From Candidatus Eiseniibacteriota bacterium (lineage in GTDB: Bacteria > Eisenbacteria > RBG-16-71-46 > CAIMUX01 > VGJL01): a stretch of DNA of 64,000 nt. The position numbers and the translations under genes were made by a program. Positions 36,561 through 47,211 of the stretch are shown in pieces (the first letter of the stretch is position 1; every line of letters starts with the position of its first letter). The notes under the pieces are model-generated. The model searched no databases. It was not told the origin of the DNA and saw only the letters and a list, made by a program, of their open reading frames with translations. The DNA is taken from positions 1 to 64,000 of the forward strand of contig JBHGAY010000007.1 of the NCBI GenBank assembly GCA_041946735.1. Direction: 5' to 3'.

Positions 36561-38933
36561 GTGAAGTCGTGGGGTGTCCGGAGGGGCGGGGCAACGACAT
36601 CGGTTGCCGTATCGAAGAGGGCCGGACCGGGCTTCGCGCTCGGCTCCGCCCTCTTCGCGTTCCTGCTCTTCGCCGGTCTCGCCCGCGGCCAGAGCGAGCC
36701 GGTCTTCGACGTCCCGGTCGCCGGGATCGAGGTCCGGGGCAACGAGACGGCGGAGAAGGACCTCATCGTTTCGACGTTGAACGTCCCCATCGGGGAGCCG
36801 TTGAACGAGCAGAGGTTGCGGGCCGGGGTTCGCGCACTTTGGAACCTCGGCCTCTTCTCTTCCATCACCGTGCTGGCCGAGCCGGAGGCAGAGGCCCAGA
36901 AGCTGATCGTCGACGTCGTGGAGAACCGCCGCGTCGCCGCGGTCGAGTTCGCGGGCAACGACAAGATCGGCACGGAGGACCTCAAGGGGAAGGTCACGCT
37001 CCAGCCTGGGCAGATGCTCTCCGACCAGAAGCTGTTCGAGGGATGCCGCGCGATCGAGAAGGCGTACCAGGACGAAGGGTATGCGAGCGCGCGATGCACG
37101 TCGCAGGTGACCCCGATCGAGGGAAACCAGGTGCATGTCGCGTTCAAGATCGAGGAAGGGCCGCGCGTGAAGATCGCGCGCGTCGAGATCGAGGGAAACC
37201 AGGCGTTCGACGACGACAAGCTGCGCGGCGAGATCAAGCTGAAGCCCAACGGGCTGTTCCATCGCAAGCGCTACACCGCCGAGCGGCTCCGGGAGGAGAG
37301 GGCGCGGCTCGAGGAGTTCTACCGCAACCACGGATACCGGGACGCCGTCGTCACGGTCGACGATCCCCAGTTCGAGGACGTGGGCAAGAAGGTCGTCCTT
37401 CGCTTCGCCGTCGAGGAGGGGCAGTTCTACCGGTTCGGCGACTTGACCTGGAGCGGCAACCAGGCGGTCACGACGACGGCGTTGCAGGGGATCGCGCGCT
37501 TCCAGCCGGGGGATGCGTTCAGCCAGCAGGCGCTCGAGCAGACGACCGGCGAGGCCTACGGGCTCTACACCGACAAGGGGTTCCTGCTCGAGGTTTCGAT
37601 CGTGCCGGAGACGACGGTGGAGAACGGGCGGGTGAACGTCGCCTACCGGATCGAGGAGGGGCGCCCCTCGCATGTCCAGGAAATCCGGATCCGCGGGAAC
37701 CGCCACACGAAGGAGAAGGTGATCCGGCGCGAGCTCACCCTCTATCCGGGGGACCTCCTGCGCCGCTCCGCGCTGCTGCGGTCTCAGCGCGACGTCTTCG
37801 CGCTCGGCTTCTTCGACGACGTGCAGATCGACTATGAGCCGACCGGCGACTCGACCGACGTCGACATCGTCTATCAGGTCAAGGAGAAGACGTCCGGCCA
37901 GCTCAGCGGGGGGATGGGGTACTCGAGCGAATCGGGATTGACCGGCTTCCTGCAGATCGGGCATCCGAACCTCTTCGGCAACGGGCAGAGTATCTCCCTC
38001 TACCTCGAGAGGGGCGGGCGTCGCGAGAACTACGAGCTGAGCTTCCAGGATCCCTGGTTCCTGGGACATCCGGTCTCGGTCGGCATCGACGTTTTCAACA
38101 CGCGCCGGACGCGGGACCTCTATACCGAGACGCGGCGCGGCGGGGGCCTGTCGTTCGGCCGGCCGTGGTTCTATCCGTTCCCGGACTACACGCGGATCTT
38201 CGTCGGCTATTCGCTCGAGGATTTCAAGTACGGCGAGTTCGACGCCTCGCTGGAGTCGACGACGTCCGACACCGGCGTCCCGCTGGCGGACCTGCTTCGC
38301 GACAGCTCGGGGCTCATCAGCTCGAGCTACGTCTCGATCGTCCGCAACTCGACCGACAATCCCTTCTATCCGACGCTCGGCTCGAAGACGACCGCCCGCT
38401 TGGAACTGGCGGGTGGGCCGCTGGGAGGCGACCAGCACTACTTCAAGCCGACGATCGACCATCGCGACTACTTCCAGCCTGTGTGGAAGCCGGTGCTGAT
38501 GCTGCGCTGGCGCGGCGGCTGGATCGTTCCGCTCCCCGGCAAGGGGGGAGTCCCGAGCACCGAGACGTTCCGACTCGGAGGGACGCGGCCGTTCGAGTAC
38601 CTGCGCGGCTACGACGACTACTACATCGTCCCGGAGGAGAACGTGACGGGGACCGGCTCCTCGGCGGTCCGCTTCCCGGGCGGGCGCGCGATGTTCGGCT
38701 TCACGGCGGAGCTTCAGTTCCCGATCGTGAATCCGGTTCGCGGCCTCTTCTTCTTCGACGCCGGCGACACCTGGAATCGTCCCGGGGAGGTCGGCCTCTC
38801 CCGGCTGAAGGAGTCCTTCGGCGCCGGTCTGCGCTTCGAGATCCCGCTGCTCGGTCCCGTCGGCTTCGACTACGCCTACGGCACCGCCGTGAAGGACTGG
38901 CGCTTCCACTTCATCGTGGGGCCCAGCTTCTAG
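36561..38933 (+). CDS. bamA: Outer membrane protein assembly factor BamA
   Basis: Signal peptide, five POTRA-like repeats (I.I.GN ... EEG), NLFGNGQ, LRGY loop, FFDAG, C-terminal Phe; exact start uncertain. Confidence 0.95.
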   Translation: MKSWGVRRGGATTSVAVSKRAGPGFALGSALFAFLLFAGLARGQSEPVFDVPVAGIEVRGNETAEKDLIVSTLNVPIGEPLNEQRLRAGVRALWNLGLFSSITVLAEPEAEAQKLIVDVVENRRVAAVEFAGNDKIGTEDLKGKVTLQPGQMLSDQKLFEGCRAIEKAYQDEGYASARCTSQVTPIEGNQVHVAFKIEEGPRVKIARVEIEGNQAFDDDKLRGEIKLKPNGLFHRKRYTAERLREERARLEEFYRNHGYRDAVVTVDDPQFEDVGKKVVLRFAVEEGQFYRFGDLTWSGNQAVTTTALQGIARFQPGDAFSQQALEQTTGEAYGLYTDKGFLLEVSIVPETTVENGRVNVAYRIEEGRPSHVQEIRIRGNRHTKEKVIRRELTLYPGDLLRRSALLRSQRDVFALGFFDDVQIDYEPTGDSTDVDIVYQVKEKTSGQLSGGMGYSSESGLTGFLQIGHPNLFGNGQSISLYLERGGRRENYELSFQDPWFLGHPVSVGIDVFNTRRTRDLYTETRRGGGLSFGRPWFYPFPDYTRIFVGYSLEDFKYGEFDASLESTTSDTGVPLADLLRDSSGLISSSYVSIVRNSTDNPFYPTLGSKTTARLELAGGPLGGDQHYFKPTIDHRDYFQPVWKPVLMLRWRGGWIVPLPGKGGVPSTETFRLGGTRPFEYLRGYDDYYIVPEENVTGTGSSAVRFPGGRAMFGFTAELQFPIVNPVRGLFFFDAGDTWNRPGEVGLSRLKESFGAGLRFEIPLLGPVGFDYAYGTAVKDWRFHFIVGPSF

Positions 38934-39056
38934 AGTTCTGGAGAGGGTCGCGGAAGAGAGCCCGCCGCGCCGCGATCCAAGGGATTTCGTTCTCGTGGCG
39001 GTAGGAATCGGCTACCATCCGGGCGCCGGCCCAGCCCGCCCGGCGAGGGAGTTTCC

Positions 39057-39614
39057 ATGATCGTTCGGAGTCGAGGGTCGAGCGCGATCGTCGCGCTCGC
39101 CGTGTGGATCGCCTGCCTGGCGCTCGCCACCTCGCTACCGGCGCCGGCCGCGGCGCAGGACCTCAAGATCGGGTTCATCCGCTCCTCGGCGATCCTCGAC
39201 CAGTACGAGGGGGCCCGGGCGGCGGTCGCCACACTGAACGGCGACATCGAGGCGTGGAATCAGGAGGCCCAGACGCGGATGCGCGAGCTCGACGCGCTGC
39301 GCCGCGAGCTGGGGGCGCAGGCCCCGATGCTGTCGGATCAGGTGCGGCGGGAGAAGGAACAGGAGTACCAGCGCAAGTCGGCCGCGTACGACCAGTACGT
39401 CCAGTCGATCTGGGGACCTCAGGGCCTCGTCGCCTCGCGCAACGAGGAGCTGCTCCGCGGCGTCGTCGAGAAGATCCAGCGGGCGGCCCGGAAGATCGCG
39501 AGCGAGCAGGGCTTCACTTTCATCCTCGACGCTTCCGACGGTAATCTGATCTACGGAGACACCACGTACGATCTGACCGACCAGGTGCTCGAGATCCTGA
39601 AGACGCCCGAGTAA
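39057..39614 (+). CDS. skp: OmpH/Skp periplasmic chaperone
   Basis: Signal peptide, KIGFI, coiled-coil body, GFTFILD, DLTDQVL; lies between bamA and lpxD. Confidence 0.92.
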   Translation: MIVRSRGSSAIVALAVWIACLALATSLPAPAAAQDLKIGFIRSSAILDQYEGARAAVATLNGDIEAWNQEAQTRMRELDALRRELGAQAPMLSDQVRREKEQEYQRKSAAYDQYVQSIWGPQGLVASRNEELLRGVVEKIQRAARKIASEQGFTFILDASDGNLIYGDTTYDLTDQVLEILKTPE

Positions 39615-39643
39615 GGATTCGAGGGGCGGGAGGGGACGGGGAC

Positions 39644-40810
39644 ATGCGCATTCGGCTCGACGAGCTGGCCCGCAGGCTCGACGTTCCGCTCGACGGGGAC
39701 GGCTCGATCGAGATCACGGGTGTCGCCGGGATCCGCGAGGCGGGCCCCGGCGATTTGACGTTCCTCGGTCATCCGAAGTACGAGGTCCATCTCGCCCAGA
39801 CCGGCGCCTCGGCGATCATCATGGCGAGGCCTCGCGGGAACCTCGGCATTCCCGTCCTGCAGGCAGCCCATCCCTACCTCACCTTCCTCAAGGCGCTGAA
39901 GCTGTTCTCCGACGACCGCCTCGGCGTGCTCCCCGGCATCCATGGGACCGCCGTCATCGGTCGCAACGCGCGATTCGGCGCCGAAGTGTCGATCGGGCCT
40001 CACGCGGTTCTCGGCGACGACGTCGTCCTCGGCGACCGGGTGATCGTCATGGCGGGGGTCTACGTCGGCAACGGAGCGCGGATCGGGAGCGAGTCGCTCC
40101 TCTATCCGAACGTCGTGATCCGCGAGGACTCGAGGCTGGGGGAGCGGGTGATCGTGCACAGCGGGGCGGTGATCGGGAGCGATGGCTTCGGTTTCACGCG
40201 CGAAGGCAACGTCATCCACAAGATCCCGCAGATCGGAAACGTGGAGATCGGCGACGACGTGGAGATCGGGGCCAACGCCACGATCGACCGCGCGACGACC
40301 GGAACGACGCGGATCGGGCGTGGAACGCGGATCGACAACCTCGTGATGATCGCGCACAACGTGACGATCGGCGAGAACTCGATCCTCTGCGCGCAGGTCG
40401 GAATCTCCGGCAGCACCCAGGTTGGAAACGACGTGACGCTGGCCGGGCAGGTGGGCCTCGTCGGGCACATCGAGATCGGTGACGGGGTGCAGGTCGGGGC
40501 GCAGGGAGGAGTCACGAAGTCGATACCGGCCGGGACGTCGGTCTCCGGCTATCCCGCGCTGCCGCACGGGCAGGCCCGCCGCATCTACGCGGCGATGCGC
40601 CATCTTCCCGACATGCTCCGCGAAGTTCGCGATCTCGAGCGCCGCCTCCTCGCGCTCGAGACGCACCTCGGCCGGGCGGCGGATGCGGCGGGCGCCGAAA
40701 CGGAGGAGCCGGACGCGGCGAAGTCCCGCGGAGGAGCGCAGGCGGCGGAGGGAGGCCGAGCGCAGACAGGGGAGGGACGCGGAGGAGCCCAAGCGCAGGA
40801 GGATCGATGA
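39644..40810 (+). CDS. lpxD: UDP-3-O-acylglucosamine N-acyltransferase with C-terminal low-complexity tail
   Basis: Hexapeptide repeats, [34 protein letters not shown]. Confidence 0.96.
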   Translation: MRIRLDELARRLDVPLDGDGSIEITGVAGIREAGPGDLTFLGHPKYEVHLAQTGASAIIMARPRGNLGIPVLQAAHPYLTFLKALKLFSDDRLGVLPGIHGTAVIGRNARFGAEVSIGPHAVLGDDVVLGDRVIVMAGVYVGNGARIGSESLLYPNVVIREDSRLGERVIVHSGAVIGSDGFGFTREGNVIHKIPQIGNVEIGDDVEIGANATIDRATTGTTRIGRGTRIDNLVMIAHNVTIGENSILCAQVGISGSTQVGNDVTLAGQVGLVGHIEIGDGVQVGAQGGVTKSIPAGTSVSGYPALPHGQARRIYAAMRHLPDMLREVRDLERRLLALETHLGRAADAAGAETEEPDAAKSRGGAQAAEGGRAQTGEGRGGAQAQEDR

Positions 40811-42126
40811 ACGCCACGATGATGCAGAGGACGATCGCGAGGCCGGCCACCTTCGAGGGGGTCGGCCTCCATTCGGGAGCGAAGTGCCGGCTGACCTTCC
40901 GTCCGGCCGACGCGGACGGCGGGATCCGCTTCGTGCGCGTCGACCTGCCCGGCTCGCCGGAGATCCCGGTGAAGCCGGATAACGCGGGGAACGAAGCCGC
41001 CTCGCTGCGGCGGTCTGTCCTGCGCTGCGGGAACTGCGCCGTCCATACGGTCGAACACGTGCTTGCGTCGCTGCTCGGCCTGTCGATCGACAACGTCCGG
41101 ATCGAGCTCGACGGGGAGGAGGCGCCGGAACCGGTCGACGGCAGCGCGCGGCCGATCGTCGAGGCCCTTCTCGCGGCCGGGATCGTCGAGCAGCCGGCAC
41201 CGCGGCGGACGATCGCCATCCAGGATCCGGTCAGCTTCAGCGAGCCTCCGGTACAGCTCGTCGCCCTGCCGCATGATGGCTTCCGCGTCTCGTTCACCAT
41301 CCAGTACGACTCGCGGATCCTGGGGACGCAGCACGCGAGCTTCGACATCACACCCGAAGTGTTCGCGCGCGAGATCGCTCCCGCGCGTACCTTCGTCCTC
41401 TATCGCGACGTGGAGAAGCTCCGCCAGGCGGGGATGATCAAGGGGGGCACGCTGCGCAACGCGGTCGTCGTCAAGGACGATGAGGTGATGTCCGAGGAGC
41501 CGCTGCGCTTCCCGGACGAGTTCGTCCGCCACAAGATCCTCGACCTGATCGGCGATCTGTGCCTGCTCGGGCGCCCGTTGCGCGGGCATGTCCTGTCGGT
41601 GCGCAGCGGACACGACACGAACGTGCAGTTCGTCAAGCGGATCGACCAGGCGTCCGCCCGCCCCTACGATTACAGCGACCTGCTCGACCGGGTGCACTTC
41701 GACATCACCGCGATCGAGCGGATCATGCCGCATCGCTTCCCCATGCTGCTCGTCGACCGGATCCTCCTCCTCGAGGAACGCAAGCGGGTCGTGGGACTGA
41801 AGAACGTGACGATGAACGAGCCGTTCTTCGCCGGCCATTTCCCGGGACACCCGATCATGCCGGCGGTGTTGATCATCGAGGCGATGGCGCAGGTCGGTGG
41901 CGTCCTGCTCCTCCACACCGTGGAGGATCCGGACACGAAGCTCGTCTACTTCATGGGAATCGACAACGCCAAGTTCCGCCGTCCGGCCCTGCCGGGAGAC
42001 CAGCTGATCTTCGACCTCGAGATGGTGAAGCTGAAGAGCCGCATCTGCAAGATGACCGGCCGCTGCTATACGCGAGGCCAGCTCGTCGCCGAGGCGGACC
42101 TGCTTTCCACGATCGTGGACCGGTGA
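40807..42126 (+). CDS. lpxC: Bifunctional LpxC deacetylase / FabZ 3-hydroxyacyl-ACP dehydratase
   Basis: [36 protein letters not shown] followed in frame by [30 protein letters not shown]. Confidence 0.96.
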   Translation: MNATMMQRTIARPATFEGVGLHSGAKCRLTFRPADADGGIRFVRVDLPGSPEIPVKPDNAGNEAASLRRSVLRCGNCAVHTVEHVLASLLGLSIDNVRIELDGEEAPEPVDGSARPIVEALLAAGIVEQPAPRRTIAIQDPVSFSEPPVQLVALPHDGFRVSFTIQYDSRILGTQHASFDITPEVFAREIAPARTFVLYRDVEKLRQAGMIKGGTLRNAVVVKDDEVMSEEPLRFPDEFVRHKILDLIGDLCLLGRPLRGHVLSVRSGHDTNVQFVKRIDQASARPYDYSDLLDRVHFDITAIERIMPHRFPMLLVDRILLLEERKRVVGLKNVTMNEPFFAGHFPGHPIMPAVLIIEAMAQVGGVLLLHTVEDPDTKLVYFMGIDNAKFRRPALPGDQLIFDLEMVKLKSRICKMTGRCYTRGQLVAEADLLSTIVDR

Positions 42127-42151
42127 GCGAAGGGGAACGGGGGTAGGGGGA

Positions 42152-42925
42152 ATGCCGAAGATCGACCCGACGGCTCGCGTCTCTCTCCGGGCGGAGCTGG
42201 CCGACGACGTGAAGATCGGTCCCTGGTGCATCGTGGGCCGCCACGTGCGGCTCGCCGAGGGGTGCGTTCTCGACTCCAGCGTCGTCATCGACGGCCGGGC
42301 GTCGATCGGGCCGCGCAACCACTTCCATCACGGCGCGGTGATCGGCTCCGCGCCCCAGGACCTGAAGTACCGCGGCGCGATGACCGCCATCGAGATCGGC
42401 GCAGGGAACACCTTCCGCGAATATTGCACGGTGAACCGCGCGACCGACGAAGGGCAGGCGACGGTGATCGGCGACGAGTGCCTGATCATGGCCTACTCGC
42501 ACGTCGCGCACAACTGCGTCCTCGGCGATCACGTGATCCTCGTCAACTCGGCGAACGTCGCGGGCCACTGTGAGCTGGGCGACTACGCGATCGTCGGCGG
42601 CGTCACTCCGGTGCACCAGTTCGTGAAGATCGGCCCGCACGCGATCATCGGTGGCGGGTGCCGCGTTCCGAAGGACGTCGTGCCGTTCGTGCGGGCCGCG
42701 GGCAACCCGCTTCGCGTGTCCGGCTTGAACTCGGTCGGCCTGCTGCGCCGCGGCTTTTCGGAAGAGGCGCGCGAGGAGCTTCGCAAGGTCTACCGGATCT
42801 TCTTCCGGACGACCCTCCTCGTGCCCGAGGCGCTGCGCGCGATCCGCGAGCAATGCAAGCCGCTTCCCGAAGTGGAGCTGTTCTGCCGCTTCGTCGAGCG
42901 GTCCGAGCGCGGGATCACGAGGTAG
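42152..42925 (+). CDS. lpxA: Acyl-ACP:UDP-GlcNAc(3N) acyltransferase
   Basis: PQDLKY, REYCTVNR, MAYSHVAHNC, VHQF, KDVVPF, GLNSVGL.RRGF. Confidence 0.96.
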   Translation: MPKIDPTARVSLRAELADDVKIGPWCIVGRHVRLAEGCVLDSSVVIDGRASIGPRNHFHHGAVIGSAPQDLKYRGAMTAIEIGAGNTFREYCTVNRATDEGQATVIGDECLIMAYSHVAHNCVLGDHVILVNSANVAGHCELGDYAIVGGVTPVHQFVKIGPHAIIGGGCRVPKDVVPFVRAAGNPLRVSGLNSVGLLRRGFSEEAREELRKVYRIFFRTTLLVPEALRAIREQCKPLPEVELFCRFVERSERGITR

Positions 42926-42930
42926 CGGGG

Positions 42931-43953
42931 ATGGCGGCCGGGCCGGTCGACGTGGCGGTCGTCGGGTGCGGACATCTCGGCACCTTCCACGCGCGCACCT
43001 GGTCCCGCAATCCGCGGGCGCGACTCGTGGCGGTCGCCGACGTCGTGGAGGAGCGCGCACGGCGGCTCGGCGAGGAGCTGGGCTGCGCCACCGTCCTCTC
43101 CCATCGCGATCTTCCGCCGGGCGTGCGCGCGGCGAGCGTAGCGGTGCCGACGAGCGCGCACGCGGAGGTCTCCATCGATCTGTTGCGTGCGGGCGTCGAC
43201 GTCCTCGTCGAGAAGCCGCTCGCCGCCGATCCGGTCGACGGCGCGGAGATGGTGCGGGCGGCGCGGGAGTCGGGGCGCGTGCTGGCGGTCGGGCAGATCG
43301 AGCGGTGCAACCCGGCCTTCCGCGAGGCGCGCGAGCGGCTCGGCCGGCCGCGGTTCATCGAGTCCCACCGTCTGGCGACGTTCGTGCCGCGCAGCCTCGA
43401 CGTGGATGTCGTCCTCGATCTGATGATCCACGACATCGACCTCGTCCTCTCCGTGGCGGGCTCCCCCCTGGAGCGCATCGATGCGGTCGGAGTTCCGGTG
43501 ATCACGGGAGGGGCGGACATCGCCAACGCTCGCCTCGTCTTCTCCGACGGGCTCGTCGCCAACTTGACGGCGAGCCGCGTCTCCGGCTCCCGCCTGCGCA
43601 AGATCCGCTTCTTCGCGCCGAACCTCTACCTGTCGGTCGATCTCGGCGAGCGCCGCGTGGAGGAAGTCCGGCTGGAGCGGATCGATCGCAGCGATCCGCC
43701 TCCGGCCGCCGGAACTCCTGAGGAGGCGATCCTCGCCGCTCGCGGCATGCGTCTCGTGCGCGGATCGCTTCCGCCGCTCGAGGGGGACGCGCTGCGGAGC
43801 GAGATCGAGAGCTTCGTGGCCGCCTGCCTCGACGGTGGGCGTCCGGCCTGCGACGGGGAGGAGGGACTGCGGAGCCTCGAAGTCGCGCTGCGCGTGCGCG
43901 AGGAGGTGGCGAAGAGTCTCGCGCGCCTGCTCGACTCGCCAGCGGAGCGATGA
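42931..43953 (+). CDS. Gfo/Idh/MocA oxidoreductase, GnnA-like (UDP-GlcNAc 3-dehydrogenase candidate)
   Basis: GCGHLG..HA, AVPT..H, VEKP, GQIERCNPA, DVDVVLDLMIHDID, DIANARL, ANLTASRVS; lies between lpxA and lpxB. Confidence 0.85.
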   Translation: MAAGPVDVAVVGCGHLGTFHARTWSRNPRARLVAVADVVEERARRLGEELGCATVLSHRDLPPGVRAASVAVPTSAHAEVSIDLLRAGVDVLVEKPLAADPVDGAEMVRAARESGRVLAVGQIERCNPAFREARERLGRPRFIESHRLATFVPRSLDVDVVLDLMIHDIDLVLSVAGSPLERIDAVGVPVITGGADIANARLVFSDGLVANLTASRVSGSRLRKIRFFAPNLYLSVDLGERRVEEVRLERIDRSDPPPAAGTPEEAILAARGMRLVRGSLPPLEGDALRSEIESFVAACLDGGRPACDGEEGLRSLEVALRVREEVAKSLARLLDSPAER

Positions 43954-45074
43954 CGCGGCTGTTCCTCGCGGCCGGCGAAGCTTCCGGGGACCTCCACGGC
44001 GGCCTGCTCGCGCGGGAGCTTCGGACGCTCGACCCGGGCATCGAGCTGGTCGGAATCGGCGGCGAGGCGATGGCGCGCGAAGGGGTGCGCCTCTTCTTTC
44101 GCAGCGAGGAGATGGCCGTCACCGGGCTTTGGGAGGTCCTCGGCCATCTTCCGCGCCTCTCGCGGATCCTCTCGGAAGCGGTCGCGCGCTTGAAGGCGGA
44201 GCGTCCCGACGCCGTCGTGCCGATCGACTTCCCCGACTGGAACCTGCGATTCGCCGCGCGCGCGCACCGTCTCGGCATCCCGATCGTCTACTACATCTCG
44301 CCCCAGGTCTGGGCCTGGCGGCGCGGGAGGCTCGGCCTTCTCGCGCGGCTGGTCCGGCGGATGATCGTCATCTTCCCGTTCGAGGAGGATCTCTACCGCC
44401 AGGCGGGCGTCCCCGTCACCTACGTGGGGCATCCGCTGGCCGAGCGCGTGCGGCCACGCTGGCCGCGCGAGGAGACGCGGCGCCGGCTTGGTCTGGCGGA
44501 CGGCGACCGGCTGATCGTCCTCCTTCCGGGAAGCCGGCCGAGCGAGGTCGGACGGATCCTGCCCGCGATGCTCGAGGCGCGGCGAAGGCTCGCGGCCGAC
44601 GGCACTCTGAGCTGGGCGCTCGCGCTCGCCCCGGGACTCGAAGGGGCACGCGCAGTCGAGCGGGCGCGGGAGGCGGGGGTGATCGTGCGCGCAGGGGAGG
44701 CATACGAGCTTCTCGCCGCGGCCGACCTCGCCCTCGTCGCATCCGGCACAGCGACGCTCGAGGCGGCGATCCTCGGCGCGCCGATGATCGTCGTCTACAA
44801 GATGCATCCGCTCACCTGGCAGCTGGCGCGCAGGATCGTGAAGGTCCCGCACGTCGCGATGGCGAATCTGCTCGCCGGCGACCGCGTCGTTCCGGAACTG
44901 CTGCAGGGGGAGGCGAACGGGGAGCGTCTGGCGGCCGAGATCAGAACATGGATCGACGATCCCGAACGGCGAGCTGCCGCGTCGGCGCGCCTTCGCGCAG
45001 TGGCCGGGAAGCTGGGGGAGGCGGGCGCGCCGCGGCGGGCCGCCCAGGCGATCCTCGCGGAGATCGGGCGATGA
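43950..45074 (+). CDS. lpxB: Lipid-A-disaccharide synthase
   Basis: AGEASGDLHG, IDFPDWN, YYISPQVWAWR, FPFE, VGHPL, LPGSR, SGTATLE, VPELLQ. Confidence 0.96.
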   Translation: MTRLFLAAGEASGDLHGGLLARELRTLDPGIELVGIGGEAMAREGVRLFFRSEEMAVTGLWEVLGHLPRLSRILSEAVARLKAERPDAVVPIDFPDWNLRFAARAHRLGIPIVYYISPQVWAWRRGRLGLLARLVRRMIVIFPFEEDLYRQAGVPVTYVGHPLAERVRPRWPREETRRRLGLADGDRLIVLLPGSRPSEVGRILPAMLEARRRLAADGTLSWALALAPGLEGARAVERAREAGVIVRAGEAYELLAAADLALVASGTATLEAAILGAPMIVVYKMHPLTWQLARRIVKVPHVAMANLLAGDRVVPELLQGEANGERLAAEIRTWIDDPERRAAASARLRAVAGKLGEAGAPRRAAQAILAEIGR

Positions 45075-45799
45075 GCGCGGCGAGCGGCGCGCCGGATCCG
45101 ACGGAGCCGAAACGGGACCCGCCGCGGGATCTCGCTCCGGAACGGCGTTTCCGCTGGATCGGCGCCCTCGGGGCTGCATTCATCCGCGCATGGGGCGCGA
45201 CGCTGCGGATCGACTGGATCGGCCGGGAGGCGATCGAGGAGGTGGCGCGTCGCGGCGGCCGCGTCGTCTTCGCGTTCTGGCACGGACATCTCCTCACCCT
45301 CACCTTCAGCCACCGCCGTCGCGGCATCGTCGTCCTCGTGAGCCGCAACAAGGACGGGGAGATCATCAGTCAGATCATCTGCCGGCTCGGTTTCGGAGTC
45401 GTGCGAGGCAGCACGAGCCGCGGCGCGGTCCGGGCGCTCCTCGAGATGGCGAGGGCGGGGCGCGACGGCCGGCCCCTGGGGGTGACGCCCGACGGACCGC
45501 GGGGACCGCGGCACGAGCTGCAGCCGGGCGTGCTGCAGATCGCTCAGCGCTCGGGACTGCCGATCGTCCCGCTCGCCGTCGCCGCGGTGCGACGCACCGA
45601 GCTTCGCTCTTGGGACCGCTTCCTGGTCCCGCACCCGTTCAGCCGCGTGGCGATCGTGACGGGACGACCGATCTCGCTCCCCGGCGATCTCGCTCCCGAG
45701 GCGCTGGCCGAGCAGTGGGGACCGCGGATCGCGGCGGCGATCGACGACGCCTGCGCGCGCGCGGACGCATGGCGCGCCGAGAGGACGGGCGAGAGGTGA
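45071..45799 (+). CDS. DUF374 lysophospholipid acyltransferase family protein (LpxJ-like)
   Basis: FAFWHG, LVSRNKDGE, VRGSTSRG, TPDGPRGP, SWDRFLVPHPF. Confidence 0.88.
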   Translation: MSAASGAPDPTEPKRDPPRDLAPERRFRWIGALGAAFIRAWGATLRIDWIGREAIEEVARRGGRVVFAFWHGHLLTLTFSHRRRGIVVLVSRNKDGEIISQIICRLGFGVVRGSTSRGAVRALLEMARAGRDGRPLGVTPDGPRGPRHELQPGVLQIAQRSGLPIVPLAVAAVRRTELRSWDRFLVPHPFSRVAIVTGRPISLPGDLAPEALAEQWGPRIAAAIDDACARADAWRAERTGER

Positions 45800-47211
45800 T
45801 CCTCCCGATCGCGATGGCGCTCTATCAGGCCCTCGCGAGCCTCGCCGTCGCGTTGGCCATCCCGCTGCTCCTGCTCTTCTCTCGCGAGTCGCTTGCCGAA
45901 CGCCTCGGAGGCGGTGCGGCGGCTCCGGGGCGGGCCGCGGAACAGGCGCCGGCCCTCGGCCCCATAGCGGGGGAGTCGGCCTCCGTCGCCGCGCGCGCTC
46001 GCCGCGCGGCAAGCGACGGCCCGATCTGGGTGCATGCCGCGAGCCTGGGAGAGTTCGAGGCGGCCGCGCCGCTTCTGCGCGCGTGGACCGGCCGCGGGAT
46101 CCCGGTCCTCGTCTCGTGCACCAACCGGACGGCTCGCGAGCGGATCGGCAAGCGACTCCCGCGCGGCGCTTCCGTCCGGCTCGCGCCGCTCGATCTCCTG
46201 CCCCTCGCCGCTCGCGCGCTCAGGCGCGAGGCACCCACCGCGCTCGTCTTCATCGAGACGGAGATCTGGCCCGCCTGGATTCTCGCCGCTCGGCGCCGCC
46301 GCATCCCGGTCGCCTTCGTCAGCGCCCGGCTCTCGGACCGCGCGTTCCCACGTTACCGGCGTCTCCGGATCCTCCTCGCCCCGCTCCTTCGCTCGGCCGC
46401 GGTCATCGGCTGCCGCACCGAGGAAGATCGCGCGCGCTGGATCGCGATCGGCGCAGACGCCTCCCGCTGCCACGTGTGGGGAAACACGAAGTACGAAGCG
46501 GGACAGCCGCCGCCGGCGCAGGCCGAACGGCCCGCGCGGCAGGCGAGCGCGGCAGCCGGCGGCGCCAACGACGGCCACGGCTCCGATCCATTCGTCCTCG
46601 TCTGCGGCTCGGTGCGTCCAGGCGAGGAGGAGGTCCTCCTCCTCGCCGCCCGCGAACCTCGCGTCCGGCTCGTCGTCGCGCCGCGCCATCTGCGTGCCCT
46701 CGATCGATGGGAATCCGAGGCACTGCGGCGCGGCCTCGCCACCGCCCGCATTTCGCGCGTCGGGCTCGAGGGAGACGGGGAGGATCTCGCGCAGGCGGTG
46801 CGCGAGGACGGTCTTCCGCAAGTCCTGCTCGTCGACCGGATGGGAGTTCTACCAGCGTTCTACCGCGCCGGCGACGCCGCCTTCGTCGGGGGAACCCTGG
46901 TTCCGGTCGGCGGCCACAACCTCTTCGAGCCGGCTCGGGAGGGAAAGCCGGTGCTGTTCGGACCGTTCACGAGCGGGGTGCGCGACGTCGCGGAAGCCCT
47001 CCTCGCCTCGGGGGGCGGGGCGCAGGTGGCGGGGGGCGCGGATCTGGCCCGGCACGTCGCTCCGTGGATCGAGAATCGGGACGGCGCGATCCAGGCCGGC
47101 CGCGCGTCGCGGTCCGCCGCCGAGAACCTCGGAGGCGCCGCGGAGAGGACGCTCGCCGGTCTCGCCTCGATCGGGATCGGCTGCGCCGCGCCCGAGGCGG
47201 TCGCGCGATGA
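45796..47211 (+). CDS. waaA: 3-deoxy-D-manno-octulosonic acid (Kdo) transferase
   Basis: WVHAASLGE, ETEIWP, GNTKYE, APRH, DRMGVL, FVGGTLVPVGGHNLFEP. Confidence 0.93.
   Translation: MILPIAMALYQALASLAVALAIPLLLLFSRESLAERLGGGAAAPGRAAEQAPALGPIAGESASVAARARRAASDGPIWVHAASLGEFEAAAPLLRAWTGRGIPVLVSCTNRTARERIGKRLPRGASVRLAPLDLLPLAARALRREAPTALVFIETEIWPAWILAARRRRIPVAFVSARLSDRAFPRYRRLRILLAPLLRSAAVIGCRTEEDRARWIAIGADASRCHVWGNTKYEAGQPPPAQAERPARQASAAAGGANDGHGSDPFVLVCGSVRPGEEEVLLLAAREPRVRLVVAPRHLRALDRWESEALRRGLATARISRVGLEGDGEDLAQAVREDGLPQVLLVDRMGVLPAFYRAGDAAFVGGTLVPVGGHNLFEPAREGKPVLFGPFTSGVRDVAEALLASGGGAQVAGGADLARHVAPWIENRDGAIQAGRASRSAAENLGGAAERTLAGLASIGIGCAAPEAVAR

Noticed and set aside
40807..42126. LpxC-FabZ fusion as a novelty
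   Set aside because: Well known in Bacteroidota and related phyla; useful only as a taxonomic hint.
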